Positions 19,012 through 32,645 of a stretch of 64,000 bases of DNA are shown piece after piece (positions within the stretch are counted from its first letter, which is position 1; every line of letters starts with the position of its first letter). The position numbers were made by a program, and so were the translations under genes. Origin of the DNA: Myxococcales bacterium (GTDB lineage: Bacteria; Myxococcota_A; UBA9042); assembly GCA_037441385.1 (NCBI GenBank), contig JBBISH010000018.1, positions 1 through 64,000 on the forward strand, in the 5' to 3' direction. Below the pieces are notes generated by a model that was not told the DNA's origin, did no database searches, and worked only from the letters and a program-made list of their open reading frames with translations.

Positions 19012-20052
19012 ATGGACCAGCGCAACCCCGACGATCCCCTGACGCCCCTGCCCGTGGAACCGAACAGCGACCGCGCCTTGCGGCCCCGCCATTTTGGCGA
19101 GTACGTGGGCCAGGAAGTGGTGCTGCGCAACCTGCAGGTGTTCATCGCCGCGGCCAAGCACCGCAATGAACCGCTGGATCACATGCTGTTTTGTGGCCCG
19201 CCCGGCCTGGGTAAGACCACGCTGGCCAACCTGATCGCCACGGCGATGGGCGGCAATTTGGTGGTCACCTCTGGGCCGGCGGTGGAAAAAAAGGGCGACC
19301 TCGCGGGCATCCTGACCAGCCTGCAAGAAGGCGACTGCCTGTTCATCGACGAGATCCACCGCCTGACCGCGATCGTGGAAGAGAACCTGTACCCGGCGAT
19401 GGAGGACTACCGGTTCGACATCGTCATCGGCGACGGCCCGCACGCCCGCACGGTCAAGCTGCCCCTGCCGCGCTTTACGCTCTTGGGCGCGACCACCCGC
19501 CCAGGTCTGCTGACCGGGCCACTTCGCGAGCGTTTTGGCTATGTTGCGCGCCTGCAGTTCTACACGCCAGAGGAACTGGCGCAGGTGGTGCAGCGCTCGG
19601 CCGCGACGCTGCAGGTGGAACTGGCCGCAGACGGGGCGCTGGAGATCGCCCGCCGATCCCGCGGAACTCCCCGGATTGCCAATCGTTTGTTGCGGCGGGT
19701 GCGCGACTTTGCAGCGGTGGCGGGCAACAAGGTCGTCGACCAAAACCTAGCGAGCCGTACCCTGGACCTGCTGGAAGTGGACGCGGCCGGCTTCGACCCG
19801 ACCGACCGCGCCTACCTGCATAAACTAATTGATCAATTTGGCGGCGGCCCCGTGGGGATCGAAGCGCTGGCCGCGGCCCTGAGCGAGCAGCGCGATACCC
19901 TAGAAGACGTCACCGAGCCGTACCTGCTGCAGCAGGGCTACGTGGCGCGCACGCCGCGCGGGCGGGTGGCGATGGCCAAGGCCTGGATCCACTTGGGGTT
20001 GACCGTGCCCGACCGGCTGCCGGGCGACGACGGCCAGCAAAGGCTGCTATGA
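19012..20052 (+). CDS. ruvB: Holliday junction helicase RuvB
   Basis: [29 protein letters not shown] and [16 protein letters not shown] motifs. Confidence 0.98.
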   Translation: MDQRNPDDPLTPLPVEPNSDRALRPRHFGEYVGQEVVLRNLQVFIAAAKHRNEPLDHMLFCGPPGLGKTTLANLIATAMGGNLVVTSGPAVEKKGDLAGILTSLQEGDCLFIDEIHRLTAIVEENLYPAMEDYRFDIVIGDGPHARTVKLPLPRFTLLGATTRPGLLTGPLRERFGYVARLQFYTPEELAQVVQRSAATLQVELAADGALEIARRSRGTPRIANRLLRRVRDFAAVAGNKVVDQNLASRTLDLLEVDAAGFDPTDRAYLHKLIDQFGGGPVGIEALAAALSEQRDTLEDVTEPYLLQQGYVARTPRGRVAMAKAWIHLGLTVPDRLPGDDGQQRLL

Positions 20053-20369
20053 GCGAGGCCGTGGATTTTGCCGCGGCGGTGCGCGGAGCCGACGGCGCAG
20101 TGCAACTGTGGCTGCGGGTCCAACCCGGCAGCAAACGCTCGCAAGTCCTTGGGATGTACGGCGACCGCCTGCGGGTGTCGCTGGCAGCGCCACCGGTTGA
20201 CGGCAAGGCGAATGCGGCACTTGTCGCCTGGTTGGCCGAGCTATTCGACTTGCCACGCGCCAAGTTGCGGCTGGTGAGCGGCGAGGCCAGCCGCGACAAG
20301 CGCGTGGAAGTCGCGGCACCGCTGGCGCTAGTTCGCGGCCGCCTTGAAGCGGCGCACGGCATGGGTTAG
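20049..20369 (+). CDS. DUF167 (YggU) family protein
   Basis: [13 protein letters not shown] and GEASRDK motifs. Confidence 0.9.
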   Translation: MSEAVDFAAAVRGADGAVQLWLRVQPGSKRSQVLGMYGDRLRVSLAAPPVDGKANAALVAWLAELFDLPRAKLRLVSGEASRDKRVEVAAPLALVRGRLEAAHGMG

Positions 20370-20402
20370 CTTGGCGGCTGGGGCGACCCCCCTGGCGGCT
20401 GC

Positions 20403-23735
<3,333 letters not shown>

Positions 23736-23781
23736 CCGCAAACACGGCATTGACCCCAGGCCGTGCCGAGGTGAGGAATTG

Positions 23782-24843
23782 ATGTCGACCCTTGGCGTTG
23801 CGACTCCCAGCGGTGCATCCCCCCAAGACCCCAGCACCCTGCATGTCGTGCTCAGCGCCAACCCGGCTGATCAGGCCAAGCGCTGGCGTTTGCATCACCA
23901 AGTGTGGGGCGAGGGCTACGATCTGACGCTGTACCTGCGCCGCGAGGCAGCCCTGTGCGAGCAGGACTTCTGCCGCAACAACCTGAAAATGTGGCTATTG
24001 TGCGACAGGGCGGGCGAGGTGCTGGCGAGCCTAGAGACCTACGCCAGTCAGTTCTGGTCGGTCGACGCCGAAGGCAAGCTCGCCAAATTGCGCGGGCAAA
24101 CGATTGGCTCGGTGGTGGTGGATCCTCGACTGCGCAACCGAGGTTACGCCTCGACGCTGGTGGATCGCGTGGTCGCCGAAGAGAAGCTGGCCGGCAGTCA
24201 GGTGACCACACTGTACTCGGACGTGGGCCCGCAAATGTACCGGCGCTCGGGGCACATGCTGCACCCCGCCACTGAGATGGCTCGGCGCGTGGACGCGGGC
24301 GTGCAGTGGCCCGAAGCGGTGACCGAGCTGGGCATGGGCGACCTGGCCGACCTGCTGAGCGCCGACACCGAGCAACAGGCGGCGTGGCTGGGCGCGTCGA
24401 CCGTGCCGGCGGTGACCGAAATCGGCAAAGTGGAGCACGTGGCCTGGTTTCACATGCGTTCGCAGTACCGCGCCTGGGCCCGCGGCACGACCCCGACGCC
24501 CGTGGTGGGTGCGGCGACGGCGAGCGATGGCTGGTGCCTGTGGACCGCCGACACGGCCGAGCCCGTGCTCCACGTGTTGGCATGGCGACCGCGCGGGGCG
24601 GCCGGCGCCAAGCACTTGACCCAGGCCTGCTTGGCCCACGCCGCCGAACGCGGCCTGCGCGAAGTGGTGTGGTGGGACGCGGATCGCGACACCGGCCTGG
24701 ACCCGTACCACCGGCAGCCCCATTGGCCAGAGGGTGCCGAACCGCGTCAGCGCGACAAGGGCTTGCCGATGCTGGCGTGGCTGCCGGGTGGGAGCAACTT
24801 CCCCTTGGTCTGGATGGGGATCGAGCGTATGGGCTGGCGCTAG
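23782..24843 (+). CDS. GNAT family N-acetyltransferase
   Basis: SVVVDPRLRNRGYA acetyl-CoA motif; LYSDVG..Y. Confidence 0.8.
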   Translation: MSTLGVATPSGASPQDPSTLHVVLSANPADQAKRWRLHHQVWGEGYDLTLYLRREAALCEQDFCRNNLKMWLLCDRAGEVLASLETYASQFWSVDAEGKLAKLRGQTIGSVVVDPRLRNRGYASTLVDRVVAEEKLAGSQVTTLYSDVGPQMYRRSGHMLHPATEMARRVDAGVQWPEAVTELGMGDLADLLSADTEQQAAWLGASTVPAVTEIGKVEHVAWFHMRSQYRAWARGTTPTPVVGAATASDGWCLWTADTAEPVLHVLAWRPRGAAGAKHLTQACLAHAAERGLREVVWWDADRDTGLDPYHRQPHWPEGAEPRQRDKGLPMLAWLPGGSNFPLVWMGIERMGWR

Positions 24844-24896
24844 GCGCCGTCAACCGCTACACCCAGGCCAGCGCCGCAGCGGCGCAGGACAGAGAC

Positions 24897-25337
24897 ATGC
24901 TGGGTTTTCATGGAATGATGCGCTGGGTCGTCGTGCTGGCGGGTCTGGCGGCGTTGGTTTTGGCGGTGATGGGCCTAGTCGGCAAGCGCCCGTTTGGCAA
25001 GGCCAGCCGGATTGCGAATTTGATTTTCATGATCAGCGCCGACACCCAAGTGGTGCTGGGGCTCTTGACCTACGCCGGCAGCGAGCTGGTGGCGCAGGCG
25101 CTGGGTGACGTGGGCGCGGCCATGAAGGTGCCGAATTTGCGCTTCTTTGCAATCGAGCACGCGCTGCTGGCCATCCTGGGCGTGGCGGCCCTGCACGTCG
25201 GCTACGCCCGAGCCAAGCGCGCCACAGAGGACGCCACCCGCCACAAGAACAGCCTGATCGGCTTTGCCATCGCGATGGTGTTGTTCGCCCTGGCGATTCC
25301 ATGGCCATGGCGCGCGGTCATCGGCCGGCCGTTCTGA
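24897..25337 (+). CDS. Four-TM membrane protein
   Basis: H..MRW, DTQVVLGL, FFAIEH and IPWPW motifs; four hydrophobic helices. Confidence 0.75.
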   Translation: MLGFHGMMRWVVVLAGLAALVLAVMGLVGKRPFGKASRIANLIFMISADTQVVLGLLTYAGSELVAQALGDVGAAMKVPNLRFFAIEHALLAILGVAALHVGYARAKRATEDATRHKNSLIGFAIAMVLFALAIPWPWRAVIGRPF

Positions 25338-25440
25338 GGCAAGCCGCGCGCCCACCACCGGGCCGGCGAGTTGTCAGCCTCGCCCGCCTCAGCTAGCCTT
25401 GGCGGCGACCGCCGGCGCACTGCCCGGCGCGCGAGGCACC

Positions 25441-26424
25441 GTGGCCACTGCATCCAGGACGTACCGCAGCAGTTGGGCGGCGCTGGCCGCGCTGCTAGGT
25501 CTGTTGGCGCTGAACAGCTGTGGCTCGGACGCGGGGAGCACAGCCTCGGCCAGCGCCGACACCCAAGCCGACGTCGCGAGCGCGCAAGATGGCACGACCT
25601 CTCAGGATTCGGCCACGGATGCGGCGACGGCGCCGGAACCCCCAGCGCCCCCAGCCTACACCGAGACTTGCGCCGACTTTGCCACGGGCACGCTGAAGAT
25701 CCAGGCCGGCGGGTTCAACCGCAGCGTCAAGTTGTACCTGCCCAGTGACCCGCAAGGTGCCGGACTTCTCATGCTGTGGCACGGCCTGGGCGATACCGCC
25801 GGCAACTTTGCCAACATGATGCAGGCTGCGAGCGTGGCCGAGACCTACCACGTGGTCGTGGCGGTGCCGCTGTCGTGCGGCGAATCGGGGCAGAGCGGCT
25901 GTGCTTCGCTGGCCACCGAGTGGAGCTACACCGTCAAGCAAGAGGAGCGCGACGGCCCCCTGTTCGACGCGCTGATCGCCTGTGCCGACCAAAAAGCGGG
26001 CCTGGACCGGCGGCGCGTGTACACCGCCGGCTTCTCGGCGGGCGCGCTGTGGTCGACTTGGCTGACCATGCACCGGTCGGAGTACTTGGCGGCCTCGGCG
26101 ATTTTCTCGGGCGGGATCAACACCATCGTGCCGTGGAGCACCCCCAGCCGGCAGGTGCCAGTGGTCGACAGCTCCGGCGGCGTCAACGACAAGTTCATGA
26201 ACGGTGTGGTCGACTTCCAGAAAAGCATCGCCGACTTGAACGGCAAGCTCCGCGAGACCGGCGACTTTGTGGTGCACTGCCAGCACCAACAAGGCCACAC
26301 CATCACGGTGCCCATCGTCAAGTTCGCGCTGGCGTTCTTGAATGATCACCAATGGGGCGGTCCGCTTCCCTACGCGGCGGGATTGCCCGACACGACCCCG
26401 AGCAATTGCGAGATTGTGCCATGA
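25441..26424 (+). CDS. Alpha/beta-hydrolase lipoprotein (PHB depolymerase/LpqC-like); start uncertain
   Basis: Lipobox LNSC; WHGLG; nucleophile elbow GFSAG; D and GH catalytic candidates. Confidence 0.8.
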   Translation: MATASRTYRSSWAALAALLGLLALNSCGSDAGSTASASADTQADVASAQDGTTSQDSATDAATAPEPPAPPAYTETCADFATGTLKIQAGGFNRSVKLYLPSDPQGAGLLMLWHGLGDTAGNFANMMQAASVAETYHVVVAVPLSCGESGQSGCASLATEWSYTVKQEERDGPLFDALIACADQKAGLDRRRVYTAGFSAGALWSTWLTMHRSEYLAASAIFSGGINTIVPWSTPSRQVPVVDSSGGVNDKFMNGVVDFQKSIADLNGKLRETGDFVVHCQHQQGHTITVPIVKFALAFLNDHQWGGPLPYAAGLPDTTPSNCEIVP

Positions 26425-27056
26425 TTGTCCGTTCTTTCGCCAAGTATGCCCTGACCCTGGCGGCTGCGACCCTGGCGGTGGGTTGCGCGGGAGCGTTGGC
26501 GCCCCAGGCAGCCAAGCCGTTGAAGACCGAGAAAATGCTTCACGCAGGTGCCATGGGCGACGCCTCGCAGGCCTACCGCGTGGGCTTCTATGCCAACCCA
26601 GGCGAGCCGCCCGAGATCATCGACGTGGCCGTGGGCATCGGCGGCACCAAGGTGGCCGCGGCCCAATGGACGACCAACTTGGCGCTCGCGCTGAACAATG
26701 TGGTCGCCAAGGTGGGTCGCTTTGACGAGCGGTTCCTGCCGTTTTCCAGCGAGATCTTCAAGTCGGACATCGTGCAGGGCGACATCGTGTACGGCTGGCG
26801 CCCGCCCGAGGGTCGCTTGAACTTTGACAAGGCGCGCGTCGCCAAAATCCAGTTGCGTTCCCTGACGGCGACGGGTTCGGGTGGTCAGGGCATCGCGACC
26901 CGCGGCGTACTGGAAGTGACGCTGGGCGACTGGGTCCACAGCTACGACTGCGATCTGGTCAGCACGGGCGAGTGGATGAGCGACATCATGGCCTGCTTGG
27001 GCGAACGAGTCTTGAATGACGAGCGGTTCTGGAAGGCGGTCGAGGCCGCGCCGTGA
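26421..27056 (+). CDS. Hypothetical lipoprotein
   Basis: Lipobox AVGC; ATGA coupling with the upstream gene. Confidence 0.7.
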   Translation: MIVRSFAKYALTLAAATLAVGCAGALAPQAAKPLKTEKMLHAGAMGDASQAYRVGFYANPGEPPEIIDVAVGIGGTKVAAAQWTTNLALALNNVVAKVGRFDERFLPFSSEIFKSDIVQGDIVYGWRPPEGRLNFDKARVAKIQLRSLTATGSGGQGIATRGVLEVTLGDWVHSYDCDLVSTGEWMSDIMACLGERVLNDERFWKAVEAAP

Positions 27057-27688
27057 TCGCAGGGCCGGTGGTCTGCTTTGACCTGGGCGACGTGCTGGTG
27101 CGGCTGCGCTTCGAGCGCTGCGCTGCGCAGTTGCAGAAGCTGGTCCAAGCCGAAGCGGCCGGTTCGCAGGCGGTGGAGTCGCCTCCCGCGCAGTTGTTTA
27201 CGGGCCGGCGAGGCATGGCGTACGCCCGCGGCGAGATCGAACCCCTAGTCTTCTTTGATGAAGTCTGCCGGGAGTTGGGGCTGCCGGCGGCCAGACTGCC
27301 CGAAGTAGTGGCGGCGTGGTGCTCTATCTTTGAGCCGTGGCCGCAGATGCACGACTTGGCCGAGCGGGTAGTCCAGACCGGGGTGCCGGTGTGGCTGCTG
27401 TCGAACACCGACCCGGTGCATGTGGCGCACCTGCGGCCGCAGCTTCCGGTTCTAGAGGTTTTTCAGGGTCTTTGGCTGTCGTACCAGACCGGTACGGCCA
27501 AGCCCGATGCCGAGTACTTTGCTGGGTTTTGCCGGCAGACCGGCTACCTGCCGCAGCAGTGCTTGTTCATCGACGATCGGCCAGACAACGTGGCGCAGGC
27601 CCAGGCGCTGGGCTGGCGGGCGGTGCAACATCGCGGCGACGTGGCCGAGGTGGAAGCCTTCTTGCGCGAGCACGGTGTCGCGATCTGA
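27053..27688 (+). CDS. HAD family phosphatase
   Basis: FDLGDVL, LLSNT, KP and FIDD motifs. Confidence 0.9.
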   Translation: MIAGPVVCFDLGDVLVRLRFERCAAQLQKLVQAEAAGSQAVESPPAQLFTGRRGMAYARGEIEPLVFFDEVCRELGLPAARLPEVVAAWCSIFEPWPQMHDLAERVVQTGVPVWLLSNTDPVHVAHLRPQLPVLEVFQGLWLSYQTGTAKPDAEYFAGFCRQTGYLPQQCLFIDDRPDNVAQAQALGWRAVQHRGDVAEVEAFLREHGVAI

Positions 27689-27820
27689 TACCCGTTCCGT
27701 CCGAATCGGATCGAAAACTCGGGCAATTCTTTGGGCCCGAACCGGGGTCCCCGCCTGATTCTCGCCGGTTGCAGACCGGGTCAGAGAAGCCGTACAGGCG
27801 TGAATCAGACGGGGTTCGTA
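27689..27820 (+). mobile_element. 132-bp MITE-like repeat, copy 2
   Basis: Flanked by a TGA/TGA direct repeat; the left TGA is the HAD gene stop codon. Confidence 0.88.
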
Positions 27821-28012
27821 TGACGCCCGTCACGGCTTGCCGCGTCGGGCGCGGCGCGCTACCCTCCAGCTTGTGGCGTGGTCCAGGAGGGAAGCCGGCG
27901 AAGCGCAAGTGGGTCCAGGTGCCTGCGTGCGCCTGCGCTAGCGCTGTACGAGCGGCATCCCGCTAGGACCCGGGGCTTGGTGTAGGCGGAACAGCAACCA
28001 AGGGGGGTTCCA

Positions 28013-29125
28013 GTGGCCAGAGAGTTTACCGTAGGCGTCGAAGAAGAATTCCAGATCATCGACCCGGAGACCCGCGAGCTCAAGAGCCTGATCTCCGAAA
28101 TGATTGAGGCGCACACGCCCATGGACGAAGTGGCGCTCATGCCCGAGCTGCACCAGTCCGTGGTCGAGGTAGCCACTGGTGTCTGCGAAAATATGGACGA
28201 AGTGCGCCGCGACGTCATCAAGAACCGCCGCGCCGCCCACCAGATTGCCCAGCGCATCGGGGTGCGGATTGCCGCCGCGTCGACGCACCCGTTCAGCAAC
28301 TGGGAACAGCAGGAAATTTCGAGCAAAGAACGCTACGTGCAGTCCGTGCAAGAGATGCAAGACGCGGCACGCGGCAACCTGATCTTTGGCCTGCACGTGC
28401 ACGTGGGCGTTACCGATCGCGAGCTGGCGATCGACATCTACAATCAAGCGCGCTACTTCTTGCCGCACCTTCTGGCGCTGACCTGCAGCTCGCCGTTCTT
28501 CAACGGCCGCAAGACTGGCCTGCAGTCGGTGCGCACATTGATTTTCAAGCGGTTGCCGCGCACCGGCATCCCCGAGCGCTTCTACTCGTACGGCGAGTTC
28601 GAGTCGTTCATCGACACGCTGGTCAAGACCGGCTGCATCGACAACGGCCGCCGCGTGTGGTGGGACCTGCGCCCGCACCCCACCTATTCCACCCTGGAAT
28701 TCCGTATTTGCGACCTGCCGCCCCTGGTCGAGGACACGGTCGCGATTGCCGCGGTGGTGCAGGCCCTGGTGGCCAAGTTGGCGTGGCTGCGGCGCAAGAA
28801 CCTGTCGTTCAACATCTATCGGTCGGCCATGACCGACGAGAACAAATGGCGCGCCGCCCGCTACGGTGTGCACGGCAAACTGATCGACTGGGGCAAGAAG
28901 CAAGAGGTTCCGTTTGCCCAACTTGCCGAGGAACTTGTCGAGTTTGTCGCGGACGCCGCCGATGACCTGGGCTCGCGGCACGAGTTGGAGGGCATCTCGC
29001 GCATTCTGCAACGCGGGACGTCGGCGGACCGCCAGCTCAAGGTATACGAAGAGACGGGCGACTTGCGCAAAGTCGTGGACCAGCTGCTGGAAGAGACGGT
29101 GCGCGGCGTGGTCGACGTGCCATGA
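28013..29125 (+). CDS. YbdK/GCS2 family carboxylate-amine ligase
   Basis: GVEEEFQ, FGLHVHVG, SSPF and WWDLRPHP..TLEFRICD motifs. Confidence 0.92.
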   Translation: MAREFTVGVEEEFQIIDPETRELKSLISEMIEAHTPMDEVALMPELHQSVVEVATGVCENMDEVRRDVIKNRRAAHQIAQRIGVRIAAASTHPFSNWEQQEISSKERYVQSVQEMQDAARGNLIFGLHVHVGVTDRELAIDIYNQARYFLPHLLALTCSSPFFNGRKTGLQSVRTLIFKRLPRTGIPERFYSYGEFESFIDTLVKTGCIDNGRRVWWDLRPHPTYSTLEFRICDLPPLVEDTVAIAAVVQALVAKLAWLRRKNLSFNIYRSAMTDENKWRAARYGVHGKLIDWGKKQEVPFAQLAEELVEFVADAADDLGSRHELEGISRILQRGTSADRQLKVYEETGDLRKVVDQLLEETVRGVVDVP

Positions 29126-30717
29126 CCGGGCTGCTGTGGCTGGTCGCCGTGCTGGGGACGGCGGTGCTGGGCACCCCGGATGACTGGCAAGGCGTAGACT
29201 TTCGCTTGCCGCAGTTCGATCTGGTGGTGCGTCAGGCCCAAGAACGCTGGCCCAACCCATTTGATGCCGATGGCGAATCCCGTGGTCTGCGGCGGGCCGC
29301 CGAGCTGGGTCTGTGGAGCATGGACCCCACGGTAGAGCTCTTGCCCGATGCCTACTTGGAGCATCTGGCCCAACTGCCCAATGACCCGTGGAAACCGTCG
29401 CTGGCGCCCGAGCGGCTGACTTGCCAAGGCAAGGTGGTTCCTGGGGTGGCCTTGGTGACGGCCGAAGTCAGTCGCCGCGCCGCTCCGGCCTTGGCAGAGA
29501 GCTGGAAAACCTGGGAGGCCGCAGGAAACCGTTGGACGCGTGCAGAGTTCCTGTGCACGATGGAATGGATCGAGCGCAGCTTGCCGCTGAGTGACGACCG
29601 CCGCGACCGCGCCAACCTGGCTTGGGTCAACGCCGCCTCTGGTTACCTGAAGGCCCACGACCGCCACAGCGACGTGGTGGCGCGGCGTTTCTGGGAGCGC
29701 GTGACGCAAAGTGAACAGGTGGCCGACAGCGCGGAGCCGGGCCTGAGCATCGAGCCCTGCCCAGGTGCGCCCAAGACGTGGTGCGTCGCCGATGTGCGCC
29801 CCGATAGCGGGGCCTGGAAGGCCGATGTGCGCGTGCACGACCGCTTGGATCAGGTCGGCGACACCGAGGTGGCGGGCCTGGCCGGCAAGGCGGTGCAAGA
29901 GGCGCTGGTGGGACCGGCGGGCAGCGAGGTGCGGCTGCGCGTGACCGCGGTGTTGACCAAGAAAACCCGCGACATCGTTTGCAAACGCGACGAAGAGGTC
30001 ACCCGCGATACCGAGGCCGAGGCGCTGGGCCCCGGCGAAGTGCACCTGTGGCTGCGCGACTTTGTGCCAGGGACGGCCGGTCGGCTGGCCGCCGCGGTGC
30101 AGGGCGCCTTGAAGGCTGCCAAGACCAAGAAGCTGAGTCAGTTAAAGGGTTTGGTGCTGGACATGCGTGGCAATCCGGGCGGCTCGCTGAACGAGGCGGT
30201 GGCCATCGCCGACCTGCTGCTGGGCGACGGGCTGGTGATGACCGCCAAGTGGAAGGGGCGCAGCGACGAGCGGCGCTCGGGCAATCAAGCCACGGACATT
30301 CCTGGGAAGATGGTGGTGTTGGTCGACAAGCGCTGCGCCTCGGCGTGCGAGATCCTGGCGGGCGCGCTGCAGGACCGGCTGCGAGCGCGGCTGCTGGGGA
30401 CGCGGACCTACGGCAAGGCTTCGATGCAAGAGGTCAAAAAGCCTGGACTGCTCACGGACTTCTACATCAAGCTGACCATCGGCCACTACTTCACGCCAGG
30501 TGGCCGCGACCTGGACAACCAGGGCCTGCAGCCCGACGTGGCCCTGCCCGGCGAGGCGACGACCAGTTTTGCCAAGGTGGCCGAGCCCTTGCGCGACGCG
30601 GCTCAGTGTGTGGCAGCCAAAGGGCAAGCGCCGGCCCGTGCCGTGGCCGAGATCGCCCCGCGGCGGCGCGTGGATCACTGGCTGTTGATGGCGACCGACT
30701 GGCTGCGTTGTCTGTAG
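29122..30717 (+). CDS. S41 family C-terminal processing peptidase with PDZ domain
   Basis: LDMRGNPGGSL, ASACEILAGALQD and RTYGK motifs. Confidence 0.9.
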   Translation: MTGLLWLVAVLGTAVLGTPDDWQGVDFRLPQFDLVVRQAQERWPNPFDADGESRGLRRAAELGLWSMDPTVELLPDAYLEHLAQLPNDPWKPSLAPERLTCQGKVVPGVALVTAEVSRRAAPALAESWKTWEAAGNRWTRAEFLCTMEWIERSLPLSDDRRDRANLAWVNAASGYLKAHDRHSDVVARRFWERVTQSEQVADSAEPGLSIEPCPGAPKTWCVADVRPDSGAWKADVRVHDRLDQVGDTEVAGLAGKAVQEALVGPAGSEVRLRVTAVLTKKTRDIVCKRDEEVTRDTEAEALGPGEVHLWLRDFVPGTAGRLAAAVQGALKAAKTKKLSQLKGLVLDMRGNPGGSLNEAVAIADLLLGDGLVMTAKWKGRSDERRSGNQATDIPGKMVVLVDKRCASACEILAGALQDRLRARLLGTRTYGKASMQEVKKPGLLTDFYIKLTIGHYFTPGGRDLDNQGLQPDVALPGEATTSFAKVAEPLRDAAQCVAAKGQAPARAVAEIAPRRRVDHWLLMATDWLRCL

Positions 30718-30826
30718 AGGCCGCAACTGGGCTGGCGCGCGGCCATACCACGCAATCCGCTTGAACTGGCTGGAAATCGTTGGGGATCGCCCAAGGTCTT
30801 GGCGCGATGCTGGCCAGCGGCGGCGC

Positions 30827-31537
30827 TCAGCGCAAAGTCACCCGCATCGCGGCGTAGTGCGGACCGCAGCCGTCGAAATCGAACTCGATCTCGGCCTTCC
30901 GCGGCAAGCTGGCCGCAGGGTCCAGCTCCAGCGTGAAGTTGGCCTGATGGGCCAGGTGGTTGATGCACCACGGGTCCAGGACAGCGGACAACTGGCTAAA
31001 AGGACTGAGGCAGCCGCCCGGACTCTCGCTCATGCAAGTCAGCCACGGCTTGCCCTTGGCGTCGCTGTTGCTGACGATGCGAATATGCTGGAGCACAAGC
31101 GCCCCTCCGTCGACACCAGCAATATTAACCAGTTGCACTGCAACCGCGGTCGCGGTGGCGGGGAGCGCCAAGTCGCTGCCGGGCTGAACTGGATTGCCCG
31201 CCACGGTCAGCAGCGGCAGGCCCAAGCGGTTGCCGTCGGGGTCGACCAGCTCCCCGGCACAGGTCTGGTGCCAGTGCTCGACTTGGCTATCGGTGTTGGG
31301 GAGGGGCGTGGGCCGCTCTTCCGAGAAGTCGGCAAAGTCGTGACAACCGCAGAGCCCGACCAGAACCGCCAGCGCCACGCGCTGGGCTGTCGTCCGGATC
31401 CGACTAGGTTCGTTCAAGTCAGAACGGAAACTTGCGCGTTTCGTGGGGCTCGATCCGTGGTCCCCGATTAATTTTGGCCAGTTGCACGACGGACCTGCAA
31501 GACCGAACCGGCATGAATCAGCTGGGCTGCGTGTCAC
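30827..31537 (-). CDS. Hypothetical lipoprotein with in-frame repeat insertion in its signal n-region
   Basis: GTG at 31537 overlaps the upstream TGA; lipobox LCGC; open through 31402-31533. Alternative TTG start at 31417. Confidence 0.6.
   Translation of the reverse strand: MTRSPADSCRFGLAGPSCNWPKLIGDHGSSPTKRASFRSDLNEPSRIRTTAQRVALAVLVGLCGCHDFADFSEERPTPLPNTDSQVEHWHQTCAGELVDPDGNRLGLPLLTVAGNPVQPGSDLALPATATAVAVQLVNIAGVDGGALVLQHIRIVSNSDAKGKPWLTCMSESPGGCLSPFSQLSAVLDPWCINHLAHQANFTLELDPAASLPRKAEIEFDFDGCGPHYAAMRVTLR
31402..31533 (+). mobile_element. 132-bp MITE-like repeat, degenerate copy 5
   Basis: Ungapped alignment to the other copies (GGTCCCCG, GCCAGTTGCA, GAATCAG); same length; right flank TCA is the stop of the Cys-rich ORF. 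Confidence 0.7.
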
Positions 31538-31872
31538 GGCTGCTCCTTGGACGGCTCGCGGACGCAGCGGCCGGCATGGGCGCGGCAGCGGTCGTGCGCC
31601 AAACAGGCGACGCTGGAACCGCAGTCGGTGTCGGCGAGGGCGGCGCAGGCGTGGTCGGCCAGTTGGCAGAGCCCTTCGGTGGTGCACAGACCGGCAGTCT
31701 GGCAATCCGCGCTGCTGGTCAAGCGACAGCGACCGGCAACGCTGGTGCATTGGCCAAACGCTTTGCAGCCGATGGTCTGGGCGCAGTCGGTTGGGCCGAC
31801 GGTGCAGCCGGCCGCGGCGGGTGGGCGGTGCGGGTGGGCGGTGCGGGTGTCAGGTATTGCCACTTGCCACAT
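31534..31872 (-). pseudogene. Cys-rich repeat gene fragment, probably 5'-truncated
   Basis: Three C....C...G.C......C units; no signal peptide; the only nearby ATG lies inside the 31-bp repeat. Confidence 0.5.
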
Positions 31873-31874
31873 AG
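31844..31874 (+). repeat. 31-bp dispersed motif, copy 1 (CGGGTGTCAGGTATTGCCACTTGCCACATAG)
   Basis: Identical at 54492-54522; inverted with one mismatch at 38357-38387. Confidence 0.9.
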
Positions 31875-31897
31875 AGCAACCTCGCGCCGCGCCGGCC

Positions 31898-32587
31898 CTA
31901 CCCCAACCCCGCCTCCAGCGCATCCAGCTGCCCACGCAGCGCCGCGACTGCCGCCCGCATCCGCGCCACCTGGGCCTTTTCCAGCTTCTTCGCATCGATC
32001 TGGGCGAATTCCGCCTGCCACGCCGCCACCTCTTCGACCCACTTCTCGGTCCGGGTCACCAGCCGCCCAGGCTGAATCGGCGGCGCGGGCTTGGGCGCCG
32101 GCAGTTGCAGGCCGTCCTGGTCGGGGTCCGCGTCCCACAGCCGGTTTTGCTGGACCAGGGCCACCGCCGCGCGGACCTTGGCCACCGGCCAGCGCTCGGT
32201 CACCGTCGCCATCGCCAACCGCGCGCGCTGGTTGACTTCTTGCACCTTGCAGATCTCCAGCAGCGCGCTCCACCCCAGCTGGTCGCGCACGCCGGGCGGC
32301 AGCAGACTGTAGCCGATGTGGGCGCGGACGAAGCGGCGCAAGGTGGTCTCGCTGAGGTCCAGTTCGTCCAGGTCCTGGGCGTGGGCGGCGAGGAAGCCCT
32401 TGAACTTGGTGTCTTTGTTGGGCGCGCTGCTGCTGAACTGCGCGGCGCTGCCGCCAAAGAAACGCTGCAGGATGTAGGCGCCGACGCCGAGGCGATAGGT
32501 CTGCGCGTGCTCGCGGGTCAGGCGCTGCAGGGTTTGGAGGGCGTCGTGGTATTCGCTTTGGATGATACCGGGTTGCAGGTCGGGCAT
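31898..32587 (-). CDS. Hypothetical putative DNA-binding protein, DUF1016-N/ParB-C-like helical region
   Basis: GGAG RBS; LSETTLRRFVR..LGWSALLEI..RARLA..ERWPVAKVRAAV resembles the DUF1016 N-terminal pattern. Confidence 0.65.
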   Translation of the reverse strand: MPDLQPGIIQSEYHDALQTLQRLTREHAQTYRLGVGAYILQRFFGGSAAQFSSSAPNKDTKFKGFLAAHAQDLDELDLSETTLRRFVRAHIGYSLLPPGVRDQLGWSALLEICKVQEVNQRARLAMATVTERWPVAKVRAAVALVQQNRLWDADPDQDGLQLPAPKPAPPIQPGRLVTRTEKWVEEVAAWQAEFAQIDAKKLEKAQVARMRAAVAALRGQLDALEAGLG

Positions 32588-32621
32588 GGGCGGCTCCGCG
32601 CGGGTGGGTCGGGCTGGGGCG

Positions 32622-32645
32622 AACCTTGGCAACGTTGCCAAGGTT
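32622..32645. promoter_or_regulatory. Perfect 24-bp palindrome AACCTTGGCAACGTTGCCAAGGTT, putative operator
   Basis: About 35 bp upstream of the 32587 ATG; second copy at 34746. Confidence 0.6.

Noticed and set aside
27830..28012. Riboswitch or tRNA in this and other intergenic regions
   Set aside because: No recognisable aptamer or cloverleaf by eye; an Infernal/tRNAscan run would be needed to exclude them.
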